Below, one piece after another: positions 39,858-51,725 of a DNA stretch of 64,000 nt (its first letter is position 1; each line of letters begins with the position of its first letter). The position numbers were made by a program, and so were the translations under genes. Location: positions 68,077 to 132,076 of the forward strand of contig CAYQJL010000282.1 of assembly GCA_964417675.1 (NCBI GenBank), given 5' to 3'. The DNA comes from an uncultured bacterium (lineage in GTDB: Bacteria; Eisenbacteria; RBG-16-71-46; CAIMUX01; WJJG01). A model generated the notes under the pieces. That model saw nothing but the letters and a program-made list of their open reading frames with translations. It made no database searches and was not told the origin of the DNA.

Positions 39858-41792
39858 TCAGGAATCACGCTTCCGCCCGCCGGAGCCGATCCCCTGCGCC
39901 GTCGAGGACGCCCCCCCCAGAACCCGCTCCAGGCGCACCGTCCGCTCCGGCGACAGCGTATCGGCCACGGCCTGCATGGCGCCGCAGATCTGGCGGAACC
40001 TGCCACGGGCGTGATCGGGTACCGGTGCCGTGGACGGGTTCTCCATCTTGAGCGGATTGATGTAGGCTCCGTACCGGCGCACGCGGAAGTCCAGATGCGG
40101 GCCGGTGGACAATCCGCTGCTGCCGACATACCCGATCACCTGCCCCTTCCGGACCCGCGCGCCGGAACGGACAGCATCCCCGAAGCGGCTGAGATGACCG
40201 TAGCAGGTCTCATAGATCGATCCGTGCCGGATTCGCACCTGGCGACCGAATCCTCCATTCCAGCCCGCGAAACTGACGACACCGTCCCCCAGGGCCACCA
40301 CGGGCGTACCGGGCGCCGCCGCATAATCCACGCCAAGGTGGGGCCGGTAGACTCGCAGGATCGGATGCAGGCGGTTGTGTGAGAAGGTCGATGAGATGCG
40401 CCGGTAGTTCAGCGGTGATCGCAGGAAGGCCCGTACCAGGGAGTTGCCTTCGGGAGTGAAGTAGCGACTTGATGCCTCGGCCACATCCTCGATCTCAAAG
40501 CGGATGCCGGTCTGCGAGACCCGCTGGCCCTCATAGGAGGCATAGTAGATGTCGCCGGTCGTCACACGTTCGCCCTCGTAGCGCTTCTCTTCCAGGAGCA
40601 CGGTCAGACGGTCACCGACCCGCGGTTCGGTGAGGAAGTCGATATCGGAATCGAAAATGCTTGTGAGTTCGTAGGTTACCTCGGGACCCGCGCCCCCCGC
40701 ACGCAGCAGCTCGTCGACCGTGGTCTCCAGGGTCCCGGAGATCTTGCGCAGGTGGCTCGTGTAAGCCAGTCCTGTGCGGTAGCTGTGCATGGCGTCGGCG
40801 CTGCGCGAAACCACGTACACCTCATCCGGGGACCGTTCGTAGCGCACTTCGCGCAGCCGGCCGTCGAAATCCAGCTCGACCGCGACCACTTCCCCGGGCT
40901 TGAGCCTGCGCAGTGAAAAGAGTTTCTTCGCACGGACCTCTCGCAAGACCGCCTCGATATCGCGCAGGTACAGGCGGCTGCGCAGCAGTAGGCTGCTCAT
41001 GGTATCGCCACGGCGTACCGTATCGACCACGGTCACCGAGAGCGGTACCTGCTCCGGAGGCAGAGACTGCTCCCCGGACGTTACGCTGTCCGCCGGCTCG
41101 CCCCCGCAGCCGCACAGCGCGGCGGCGAGCATGAGGGCCATGCACCGCAAGATTCCCATACGTCCAGACCAGCCGGACCGAGAAGCGCAACGCTGCGGGC
41201 CCCCTCCCCGGCCGGCGCCCCCTGGAGACCTCTTGCCCCCGAATCGGTTCAGGGGAAGCCAGCGGGTGGTGACAAGGAAGACCACGGTGCCCAGGCCGAG
41301 GCCCAGGAGGGCCCCCGCCATAACATCGAGCGGGTAATGCACACCCACATAGACGCGCGAGAGCGACACGAGTAGCGCGACGACGTAGGCCGGAACCCAG
41401 ATCCACCGCGGCCGCTCACTCAGCGCGAATACGACGGCGGCACCGAAGATGTTGGTGGCATGGCTCGACGGAAACGAGGCCGATCGCGCTTGGGGAAAAA
41501 ATGCGTTCACCCCCTCGACTGCGAAACAGGGACGGACTCGCCCCACCCACGGCTTGATGAGATGGCTGGAGATCTGATCCGTGAGCAGCAGTGTGATCGC
41601 GAGCATCAGAGCCAGGATGCGGCCCTGCCGGCCGCCGAAAATCAGCAGCGCGAGCCATACGATACCCAGGGGAATGACGAAGTGATCCGCGTCGGTAATC
41701 CACACGAAGAATCGATCCGCCCAGGGCGTGCTCCAACCCTGGTGGATCCAGAGCAGAATCGCTTCGTCGATTCGTTGCAGACTGTCCAACAT
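39858..41792 (-). CDS. Single open frame encoding a PAP2-family phosphatase domain followed by a lipobox-like hydrophobic segment and an M23 (LytM-type) peptidase domain. Either a genuine fusion or two genes joined in frame.
   Basis: N-terminal about 230 aa carries PAP2 motifs (KPWVGRVRP, PSSHAT, SRVYVGVHYPLDVMAG). Then MALMLAAALCGCGG, then the M23 signature HLGVDYAAAPGTPVVALGDGVV...GHLS...GYVGSSGLSTGPHLDF. There is no in-frame stop between the two. Start placed at MLDSLQ (41792); the ORF is also open through the 18-bp repeats to 41888. Confidence 0.65.
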   Translation of the reverse strand: MLDSLQRIDEAILLWIHQGWSTPWADRFFVWITDADHFVIPLGIVWLALLIFGGRQGRILALMLAITLLLTDQISSHLIKPWVGRVRPCFAVEGVNAFFPQARSASFPSSHATNIFGAAVVFALSERPRWIWVPAYVVALLVSLSRVYVGVHYPLDVMAGALLGLGLGTVVFLVTTRWLPLNRFGGKRSPGGAGRGGGPQRCASRSGWSGRMGILRCMALMLAAALCGCGGEPADSVTSGEQSLPPEQVPLSVTVVDTVRRGDTMSSLLLRSRLYLRDIEAVLREVRAKKLFSLRRLKPGEVVAVELDFDGRLREVRYERSPDEVYVVSRSADAMHSYRTGLAYTSHLRKISGTLETTVDELLRAGGAGPEVTYELTSIFDSDIDFLTEPRVGDRLTVLLEEKRYEGERVTTGDIYYASYEGQRVSQTGIRFEIEDVAEASSRYFTPEGNSLVRAFLRSPLNYRRISSTFSHNRLHPILRVYRPHLGVDYAAAPGTPVVALGDGVVSFAGWNGGFGRQVRIRHGSIYETCYGHLSRFGDAVRSGARVRKGQVIGYVGSSGLSTGPHLDFRVRRYGAYINPLKMENPSTAPVPDHARGRFRQICGAMQAVADTLSPERTVRLERVLGGASSTAQGIGSGGRKRDS

Positions 41793-41828
41793 GGCCTCTG
41801 ACTCCAGACCGGCATCCGAGCGCCGTCC

Positions 41829-41912
41829 CACCCCACAATCCGGTTGCCGCACGCGCTTCGGTTGCCGCGCGCGCTTCGGTTGCCGCACGCGCTTCGGTTG
41901 CCGCGCGGGTTG
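41829..41912. repeat. 18-bp tandem repeat, about 4 copies (CGCTTCGGTTGCCGCRCG)
   Basis: Direct reading. Lies in the divergent region between the PAP2-M23 gene and yfiH. In frame it would encode (RQPKRA)n if the upstream ATG at 41888 is used. Confidence 0.85.
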
Positions 41913-42057
41913 GCAGCTGGTAGCGTGATCGGGCCAGAATACGCCGGAACCGGCCTCAGGTCACCCGGTTCTCGCTGCCAATGGAGCCGAACAGGGGCCC
42001 CGGTAGGAACCGCAACCAAAGCGACCGACCCGGGCCCCTTGATCAGGGAGGGTTCTC

Positions 42058-42873
42058 ATGGAGCAGGCCCGCAACAACCTCCCGGCCGCAGCCCGCATCG
42101 CCGCGCGCTGGATTCCGCCCCCGGCCCCCTGGCCCGTGCTGCTTCCGGCCGGGATCAGCACGCGGGTCGGCGGTGTCAGTAGCGCACCCTTTGCCACCCT
42201 CAATCTTGGCACGCGCACGGGGGACGATATTGATTGCCTGCACACCAATCTTGTGCGCCTCGAACGCGCCACCGGGATTCCGCTCGGGCAGGCGGCACGG
42301 GTGGAATTGGAACATGGCGCGCGGGTGCGGGAGGCCGCCGGCCCCGGGATGCAGGGAAGCGCGGACGCCCTGATCACCCGCCGGGCCGGCCTCCCGCTGG
42401 CGCTGACTGTCGCGGATTGCTTCCCCGTGGCCCTGGGCGTGCCCGGCCGGGCGGCGGCCCTCCTGCACTGCGGCTGGCGCAGTACGGCGCAGGGTCTGGT
42501 CGGCGCCGTCATGGAGAGGTTGGTTGGGACGGGTGTCGTGACCCCGCGGGATCTGTGGGCTTGGGTCGGGCCCGGCATCGGGCCCTGCTGCTTCGCGGTG
42601 GGCTTGGAGGTGGCGGCTCGCTTTCCGGCCCACACCAGGCGATCGGCAACCGGCGAATCGGAAGGGGCATCCGGCACGCGGTATGTGGACCTGCCGGCCT
42701 ATCTACGGGACGAACTGAGACGGGCGGGCCTGTCCGGGGAGAGAATCCTATCCGATGGACGCTGCACGGCTTGCAACCCGGGGCTGTTCTTTTCTCATCG
42801 GGGAGAACGTGGCCGGACGGGCCGCATGCTGGCCTGGGTCATGTTGGCCGACCCCCCCGATCCATCGGCCTAG
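42058..42873 (+). CDS. YfiH/PgeF family protein (polyphenol-oxidase-like purine nucleoside phosphorylase / peptidoglycan editing factor)
   Basis: Conserved ADCFPV and HCGWRST motifs and overall DUF152 layout. Confidence 0.8.
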   Translation: MEQARNNLPAAARIAARWIPPPAPWPVLLPAGISTRVGGVSSAPFATLNLGTRTGDDIDCLHTNLVRLERATGIPLGQAARVELEHGARVREAAGPGMQGSADALITRRAGLPLALTVADCFPVALGVPGRAAALLHCGWRSTAQGLVGAVMERLVGTGVVTPRDLWAWVGPGIGPCCFAVGLEVAARFPAHTRRSATGESEGASGTRYVDLPAYLRDELRRAGLSGERILSDGRCTACNPGLFFSHRGERGRTGRMLAWVMLADPPDPSA

Positions 42874-42933
42874 CCGCGGCGGACCTCGAGTGCAGGTGTC
42901 GCCCCCCGGCGGCTCCGCCGCACCGTGGCGGAT

Positions 42934-43416
42934 CTAGAATGGTGTACGTGGCTTCGTGCCCGTTCCACCGGTGCCGCTTCCGGGCAGTGGATCGAGTTCG
43001 TCGTCACTCTCGAGACCGCCGATGAAGACTGCCATGATGACGGCGCCCGCGCCGACCAGTGCCGTGCCGGCGTAATCGAACTTGGAATACTCCGCATAAC
43101 TGATCTGTTCGAGGGGCAGATGCGTGTAGCGCGGGACATCCACATAGGCAAGATTGCCATTGGCCAGGACGCGCTCCTCCACCACGCGGTAGTTTCCGTG
43201 CAAGGTGTCCCCTGCGACGTAGGCGCGCTCGAAATCGTACTCATGGCCGTCCCGCGTAACGACCGTCGTGCGCTTGGTCCCGGATGCCGGGTACTCGTTC
43301 ATTCCTACTCGAACCGTCTGAGAGCAACCTGCCAACCACATACCCGCGATGGCGAGGCAAACGACTCCCCTCTTCCCGCATCGTTGGAATCGGTCCCTCG
43401 CAGATCCACGTTTCAT
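42934..43416 (-). CDS. Hypothetical lipoprotein
   Basis: Signal peptide with lipobox (LAIAGMWLAGCS). Small, no recognised domain, one C-terminal hydrophobic helix. Confidence 0.55.
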   Translation of the reverse strand: MKRGSARDRFQRCGKRGVVCLAIAGMWLAGCSQTVRVGMNEYPASGTKRTTVVTRDGHEYDFERAYVAGDTLHGNYRVVEERVLANGNLAYVDVPRYTHLPLEQISYAEYSKFDYAGTALVGAGAVIMAVFIGGLESDDELDPLPGSGTGGTGTKPRTPF

Positions 43417-43586
43417 GGTGTCACCTCGATCCCGACCGGCCGACCGCCGCTGCCCGATTCGTCGTCGACCCCGCCGGGCGATACGCTCCCCGAGGAATCA
43501 TCCCGAAACGGGCTGGGCCATGCACGATTCTTCCTGTGCTGAGTATAGACTGCTTCGCGGGGCTGAGCAATGAGACGCTCTTGCCG

Positions 43587-46409
43587 TCATGGCGCCTCGC
43601 CGGTCGCACCCTTCTCAGGGGAACCTCTGGGATCCCCCGGCTCGGGCGCACCTTGGGCGTCCCCTGGCACAGAGGGGGGCTCGGGCGCACCCTTCAGAAG
43701 GGCCTGCCACTCATAGAGCCACTCGATGGCTTGGCGGGGACTGAGGGAGTCGAGCGCCAGCGTCCGCAGGGCTTCGGCCAGCGCCTGCGCTTGCCCTTCC
43801 TCCCCCTCGATCCGGCTGTGTCCGCCGGTGTATCCACGCCTCCCGGCGGCGTCCTCGGCCACGCGCCGCGCGGGCAGCGGCCCGAAGAGCGAGTACTGCA
43901 TGAGGGCCCCGGCCTCAGCATCCAGGAGGTTGCGTGGCCCCTGGGACTCCAGGAGTGCCAGGATCTCCTTCGCCCGGCCGAGCACGATCTCGGGCAGACC
44001 GGCGAGGCGCGCCACCTGGATCCCGTAGGACCGATCCGCTGCTCCGGGCTCCACCCGTCGTACGAAGATGATCGTATCGTTCCACTCCTTGACCACGACG
44101 TTCAGGTTTTGATAGCCGGGGTGCCGGCGCGCCAATTCGGTCAGCTCGTGGAAATGGGTGGCGAAAAGGGTTCGCGGCCGGCAGGCTGGGCGCGCCCGCA
44201 GGTACTCGGCCACCGCCCAGGCGATGGCCAGTCCATCGAAGGTGCTCGTCCCCCGCCCGATCTCGTCAAGCAAGACCAGGCTGCGGCTGGTGGCCTCGTG
44301 GAGAATCCGCGCGGTCTCGATCATCTCGACCAGGAAGGTCGATTGCCCTCTCGCAATGCGGTCGCTGGCGCCTACCCGGGTGAAGAGCCGGTCGGCGAGA
44401 CCGACCGACGCCTCCTCGGCCGGCACGAAGCTCCCGGCCTGCGCCATGAGCACCAGCAGGCCGACCTGGCGCAGGTAGGTGGATTTCCCGGCCATGTTCG
44501 GCCCGGTCACGATCAGGATCTGCTGCCGGCCGGCATCCACCTGCACATCGTTGGGAACGAAGGTCTCTGTTCCCAAGAAGTGCTCGACGACCGGGTGGCG
44601 CCCGCCCCGGATCAGCAGCCGATCGCCCTCGTGCATCGTGGGACATACATAGCGGTTTTCGTGGGCCCGCTGAGCGAACCCGGCGACCAAATCCCATTCT
44701 GCCACCGCCTCGGCCAGGGACAGAATCGCCTGGGTATGCGCCAGAACGAGGGCCTTCAGCTCCTCGACCAACTCCCCTTCCCGCTGCCGTGCCTTCTCCT
44801 GGGCGCCGATGATCTTCTCTTCCCACTCCTTGAGCTCGGGTGTGACATAGCGTTCCCCGCCCACGAGTGTCTGCTTGCGCTCATAGTGCTCGGGTACGCG
44901 GTCCACATTCGGGCGGGTCACTTCCAGGTAGTAGCCGAAGACCTTGTTGCAGCCAACCTTGAGCGTGGAGATGCCGGTGGCCTTGCGTTCGCGGGTCTGC
45001 AGGTGGCTTATCCAGGCCTCCCCCTGATCCGTGAGGGCCCGACACTCGTCCAGCGCCGCATCGTACCCCTTGGCAATCAGATTCGACGGCCCGGCCGCGG
45101 GCCCCTCCGCCACCAGGGCCCGCTCCAGCGTCTGACGCAGCTCCCCGGTGCACGCCAACGGGTCCAGACCCGATAGCAAGCTTCCGCGCTGGGGCGATTC
45201 CTCCAGCCAGTCCCGGATTCCATCCACGCCGGGCAGCGAATCCCGGAGCCGGAACAGGTCACTGGCCTTCGAACGCCCGGCGTGCAGGCGAGCCAGGATT
45301 CGTTCCAGATCCGCGACTCCCCGTAGGTGGCCGCGCAGTTGCTCACGGCCCAGCGAATCCTCTACCAGCAGGCCGGTGGCGGCGTGACGCCGTCGAATCC
45401 TCTCGATATCGACCAGCGGACGCGCCAGCGCTCGCCGCAGCGCCCGGTGCCCCATCGCGGTCAGGGTGGTATCCAACACACCCAGCAGACAGTGCCGCGG
45501 GTCGCCCGAAAGCGCTTCGAGGACCTCGAGATTGGCAAGCGTCGCCTCGTCCATGAGCAGGGCATCATCCTCGCCCCGCACCCGCGGTGGCCGCAGGTGT
45601 CCCAGCGAGGAGCGCCGCTGCTCGGCGGCATAGTGCAGCAGCGCGCTGGCCGCGGCCAGGCCGCGGTCCAGATCCTCGATCCCAAACGGCTCGAGTGTGG
45701 CCACACCATACTGGTTCCTGAGCCGGTCGCGGCCGCGCGATGGTGAATACAGCCAGTCGTCAAGCCGCGCGACGGCCAACTCGGGATGTTCCTGCAGATG
45801 CGTCCCGAGGGCGCTGGGAATCGGCACCTCGCGCGGCAGCAGGATCTCGCGCGGCAGCAATTGCTCGAGCTCGGCGCCCAGCCGCGCCGGGGCCACCTCC
45901 CCGATGCTGAATTCGCCCGTGGATACGTCCGCGACCGCGATTCCCCAGCGGTGACGCCCGGGCGCCAGCGAGACCAGATAGCTGTTGCGCCCCTCTTCGA
46001 GCATGCTGTCGGCGAGTGTGGTGCCGGGTGTCAGGATCTCGACAACCTCACGCTTCATGAGGCCCTTGTTGCCCGGCTCCTGAACCTGTTCGCAGATTGC
46101 CACGCGATGGCCCGCCCGCAGCAGCCGCGCCAGATGGGGTTCCGCGCTGTGCCACGGAACCCCGGCCATGGGGATCGGATCGGGGTCGGACTTGTTGCGC
46201 GAGGTCAAGGTCAGATCACAGAGCTGGGCGGCGGTCACGGCATCGTCGAAGAACATCTCATAGAAGTCGCCCATGCGATAGAACAGGATCGCATCGCCGA
46301 CCTCATCCTTGAGCTGAAGATACTGGGTCATCATGGGCGTCGAATGCGCCGCGTTGACGGCCGCGGAGGAAGCGCCGGCGGCGCGCCCAGAGGCTCGCTT
46401 GCCCATCAC
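43587..46409 (-). CDS. mutS: DNA mismatch repair protein MutS
   Basis: N-terminal mismatch-binding domain (TPMMTQYLQLKDEVGDAILFYRMGDFYEMFFDDA) and ABC ATPase (TGPNMAGKSTYLRQ...). About 940 aa with an acidic/proline-rich C-terminal tail. Confidence 0.9.
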   Translation of the reverse strand: MMGKRASGRAAGASSAAVNAAHSTPMMTQYLQLKDEVGDAILFYRMGDFYEMFFDDAVTAAQLCDLTLTSRNKSDPDPIPMAGVPWHSAEPHLARLLRAGHRVAICEQVQEPGNKGLMKREVVEILTPGTTLADSMLEEGRNSYLVSLAPGRHRWGIAVADVSTGEFSIGEVAPARLGAELEQLLPREILLPREVPIPSALGTHLQEHPELAVARLDDWLYSPSRGRDRLRNQYGVATLEPFGIEDLDRGLAAASALLHYAAEQRRSSLGHLRPPRVRGEDDALLMDEATLANLEVLEALSGDPRHCLLGVLDTTLTAMGHRALRRALARPLVDIERIRRRHAATGLLVEDSLGREQLRGHLRGVADLERILARLHAGRSKASDLFRLRDSLPGVDGIRDWLEESPQRGSLLSGLDPLACTGELRQTLERALVAEGPAAGPSNLIAKGYDAALDECRALTDQGEAWISHLQTRERKATGISTLKVGCNKVFGYYLEVTRPNVDRVPEHYERKQTLVGGERYVTPELKEWEEKIIGAQEKARQREGELVEELKALVLAHTQAILSLAEAVAEWDLVAGFAQRAHENRYVCPTMHEGDRLLIRGGRHPVVEHFLGTETFVPNDVQVDAGRQQILIVTGPNMAGKSTYLRQVGLLVLMAQAGSFVPAEEASVGLADRLFTRVGASDRIARGQSTFLVEMIETARILHEATSRSLVLLDEIGRGTSTFDGLAIAWAVAEYLRARPACRPRTLFATHFHELTELARRHPGYQNLNVVVKEWNDTIIFVRRVEPGAADRSYGIQVARLAGLPEIVLGRAKEILALLESQGPRNLLDAEAGALMQYSLFGPLPARRVAEDAAGRRGYTGGHSRIEGEEGQAQALAEALRTLALDSLSPRQAIEWLYEWQALLKGAPEPPSVPGDAQGAPEPGDPRGSPEKGATGEAP

Positions 46410-47557
46410 CTTGTTCCCCGTTGCTGCGCGCCGGGCTCCCCCTCCCGCGGCCCGGAGCGCTGCCCGAGCTGCTCCTCTCCGTCCACGATCTGGTAGGGCA
46501 GCATGAGCCTGCGCGCCAGGGCCGTCCCCAGGCTCTCGGCCTCGGCCAGCGTCCGGCAGGGTCCCAGGCGGACCCGCTGAAGCGCCGGCCCTTCGGGCGC
46601 GGCCAGGGGGCTCACATACGCCTGAAACCCATGCGTGCCTAGCTCGCGAACAAGACTGCGCGCCGAGGACTCCTGCAGGAATGCGCCCACCTGCACGGCA
46701 AATCGGGGCCTTGCGCCGATACCCGCCTTCCCCGACTCAGCGACCACCGCTTCGGGAGGGCCATCGGCGCGCCCCAGGCTAACGTCCGTGCTTCGGCCGG
46801 CAGCCACCCGTTCGACCAGCAGCGGCAAGTCCGGAGCCGCCTCCAGGGGTTGGTCGGCCGTCTCGAGCATGGCCTGAGCGGCGGACGTCAACCAGGGATG
46901 GCCGGCGTGCAACAGGCGCCACAGATAGGGACCCATCAACCCCGTGCGGCGGGCGGCACCTTCCAGACCAAGCGCGAGGCGCGCTTCTTGGTTGTCACGC
47001 AACGATGCGCCGATGCCCGCCAGATCCGCAAGCACCTCCCAGGGCACCGATGCCGGACCGTTGGACGGTGCCGCAACATCCGCCCCGGAGTCGGCTCCGG
47101 GATCCGCTTGCAGGTCGGCTGCGGGATCTTTCCCGGCCGGATCTTCGAGGAGAACGCGCCAGTAGCGCCACTGGGCAGCCGTCTGCGCACTGGTCTCGGG
47201 ACGGATCTCTGGCGGCAGGGCCGCCCGCGCGGCCGGCAGATCATTGGCCGCTGCGAAGTAGCGGACGATCCACAGGCGCGCCCGTTCGCCCGGCTCTTTC
47301 CCGAATCGATCCGCCACCGCGCGCATCAGCTCGAGCGCCAGCTTGCCGTCACGTTCCGCACGGGCCCGTTCGTAGACCCACCATCCACGTTCCTGGGTGG
47401 TCCCTTTGGGAATCTCGGCCAGGATCCGTACGGCGGCCGCCTGAGGAGACTCTGCCCCCGCCCCCGGCACAGCCAGCCACAGCACCGCCACGAGCACCCC
47501 ATGCAGCAGCCGCCGGCACACCGGCCGTGGACGAAGATTGACGCCTGCAGCGGTCAT
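46406..47557 (-). CDS. SPOR-domain protein (peptidoglycan-binding, septal)
   Basis: C-terminus FAVQVGAFLQESSARSLVRELGTHGFQAYV...RVRLGPCRTLAEAESL is a SPOR fold signature. N-terminal signal/TM. Start approximate; the ORF runs to 47611. Confidence 0.6.
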   Translation of the reverse strand: MTAAGVNLRPRPVCRRLLHGVLVAVLWLAVPGAGAESPQAAAVRILAEIPKGTTQERGWWVYERARAERDGKLALELMRAVADRFGKEPGERARLWIVRYFAAANDLPAARAALPPEIRPETSAQTAAQWRYWRVLLEDPAGKDPAADLQADPGADSGADVAAPSNGPASVPWEVLADLAGIGASLRDNQEARLALGLEGAARRTGLMGPYLWRLLHAGHPWLTSAAQAMLETADQPLEAAPDLPLLVERVAAGRSTDVSLGRADGPPEAVVAESGKAGIGARPRFAVQVGAFLQESSARSLVRELGTHGFQAYVSPLAAPEGPALQRVRLGPCRTLAEAESLGTALARRLMLPYQIVDGEEQLGQRSGPREGEPGAQQRGTR

Positions 47558-47565
47558 GCCCCCAC

Positions 47566-48723
47566 TCATCGGCCGCCATGTCCAAACGGATCGGGCAACC
47601 AGGCGGCGCATCGTTCGCAGCGCACGGTTGCCCAGCTCACCGGCCCGGAACAGGACGGGCAGGCGGTCTCTGCTACGACCGCTACGCGAGCCTCGATACG
47701 CTCCTTGAGATGCTGGCGCGCCTCCTCCTGCCGGCCGGCTTCCAGCAGCAGAAACGTGCGCCAGTCGTGCGCGTCGCTGAGGTCCGGTTCCTGTTCCAGC
47801 AAAGACTCCACCTGCGCGAGGCTCTCAGGGACATCTCCCCGGCGCAACGCCATGCGCGCGCTGGCCAGGCGCACCATGGGGGCGCTGTCGGGAGCCGCCG
47901 CCAACTCCGTATACAGGTGGCCGAGCTCGCCGAACCGGCCCATCTCGAAATAGGCCTTCTCCAACCTGTCGATCACACCCGCGGCCGCGGCGGGATGCTT
48001 TCGCAGCAGCAACGTCCAGGTATCGGCCGCCTTGGTGAACTCGTTCTTCCGGCTGTGAACCTCACCCAGGAGCAGAAGCGCCGGAGCGTATCCGCCATCA
48101 TCCTCCAAAGCTTGCTCCAGAGCTCGGCGCGCCTCCCGAAGCTGCCCCGCGTCGAGCAAGCGGCCCGCCACAAACGTGCGGGCCGCCGCCGGCCGCGGGC
48201 CGCGCCCAGCGGGTACCGACTTCGCCAGACGGTCGCAAGCCTTCAGTGCGCGCTCGAAATCCGGCGCCTGCAATGCCTCCTCAAACTCGACCTGGGCGAT
48301 CAGGGGATGGCGCCGGTCCAGTTGCCGGAGTTCGGCCGCGACCGCACGGGCCTCTTCGTACCGTTGCAGCTCGAAGAGCTCCTCGACCAGGCCGGCGATC
48401 ACATCGAGCCGCTGCTGGCGATCACGAAGCTCACGGGCCCGCAGGTTGCGGTAGAGAGCCGCCGCGCGCTCATGATCACCCTCGCGGCGGAAGATCCTGG
48501 CCAATCGCAAATAGGCGGCGACGTCCTCGGTGTCGCTCCGGACGATCTCCTTGAGTCCTTCGCGGGCACCCGGCAGATCGTTCTCGAGCAACGCCTCAGC
48601 CACCGCTTGATAGCGTGACAGACGGCTGGTCAGATGGCGACGGCGCTGACTGAGCCACCATGGCAGCACAAGCACAAACACCACGATCAGAGCCAGAGCC
48701 AACAGAAGCAGAAACTCGCTCAC
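47566..48723 (-). CDS. lapB: Lipopolysaccharide assembly protein B (LapB/YciM)
   Basis: N-terminal TM helix, TPR repeats, and a C-terminal rubredoxin-like CxxC...CxxC motif (CPSCSGPVSWATVRCERCAAW). Confidence 0.75.
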   Translation of the reverse strand: MSEFLLLLALALIVVFVLVLPWWLSQRRRHLTSRLSRYQAVAEALLENDLPGAREGLKEIVRSDTEDVAAYLRLARIFRREGDHERAAALYRNLRARELRDRQQRLDVIAGLVEELFELQRYEEARAVAAELRQLDRRHPLIAQVEFEEALQAPDFERALKACDRLAKSVPAGRGPRPAAARTFVAGRLLDAGQLREARRALEQALEDDGGYAPALLLLGEVHSRKNEFTKAADTWTLLLRKHPAAAAGVIDRLEKAYFEMGRFGELGHLYTELAAAPDSAPMVRLASARMALRRGDVPESLAQVESLLEQEPDLSDAHDWRTFLLLEAGRQEEARQHLKERIEARVAVVAETACPSCSGPVSWATVRCERCAAWLPDPFGHGGR

Positions 48724-49085
48724 GCCCTATCCCCCTCGTTGCCGGCCGCGTCGGTTGCACGCATCCTGGCCGGCTCGTGATCTGGAATGGGACCCTCGAG
48801 CGGCGCCGTGCGAAGCGCATCGAGTTCGCGCCGAACGCGCGACAGCTCACGACTCAGCTGCGAGCACCGCCTGCGCAGCCGGAGTTCACGAACCAAGGCC
48901 ACCGCCATGAACAGGATCGCGCCCAGTCCAAACGCGATCAGCAGCGCGACCACCGCATCGATCGTGGTGCCGCTCGTCTCAGCGTCCCACCCTTTGAGGA
49001 CGATCTCCTGCCCGCGGTTGATGAGGCCGAAGAAGAGAACGACGAGCACAAAGAGAAACAGGAGGAAAACCCGCAGATACCACAT
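48720..49085 (-). CDS. lapA: Lipopolysaccharide assembly protein A (LapA/YciS, DUF1049)
   Basis: Small two-TM protein immediately upstream of lapB and overlapping it by ATGA. Start ATG 49085 (MWYLRVFLLFLFV). Confidence 0.65.
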   Translation of the reverse strand: MWYLRVFLLFLFVLVVLFFGLINRGQEIVLKGWDAETSGTTIDAVVALLIAFGLGAILFMAVALVRELRLRRRCSQLSRELSRVRRELDALRTAPLEGPIPDHEPARMRATDAAGNEGDRA

Positions 49086-49269
49086 GATCAACTCCCTTTG
49101 CCGCGCCAGGCATCGCTGCCATCGTCCCATCCTGGAAAACCCATACACCCCGCATTCTAGGGGCGGCCCCCAAGGAATGCAATGCGTGCCCCTGCACAGA
49201 AAGCGCGGGCCGGGAAACCCCGGCCCGCGCGCTCTTCGGCCCCTGACGTGCGACTGCCGGATCCGCGAT

Positions 49270-51618
<2,349 letters not shown>

Positions 51619-51725
51619 GACTGGATGTTCCTCCTGTTAGCCTCCTACACAACATCAACCACCTGGTTAGCGCGCCAGGCGATCGCGAACAGAAACACTT
51701 CATTATAGCAATCCGATTCGGAAGT

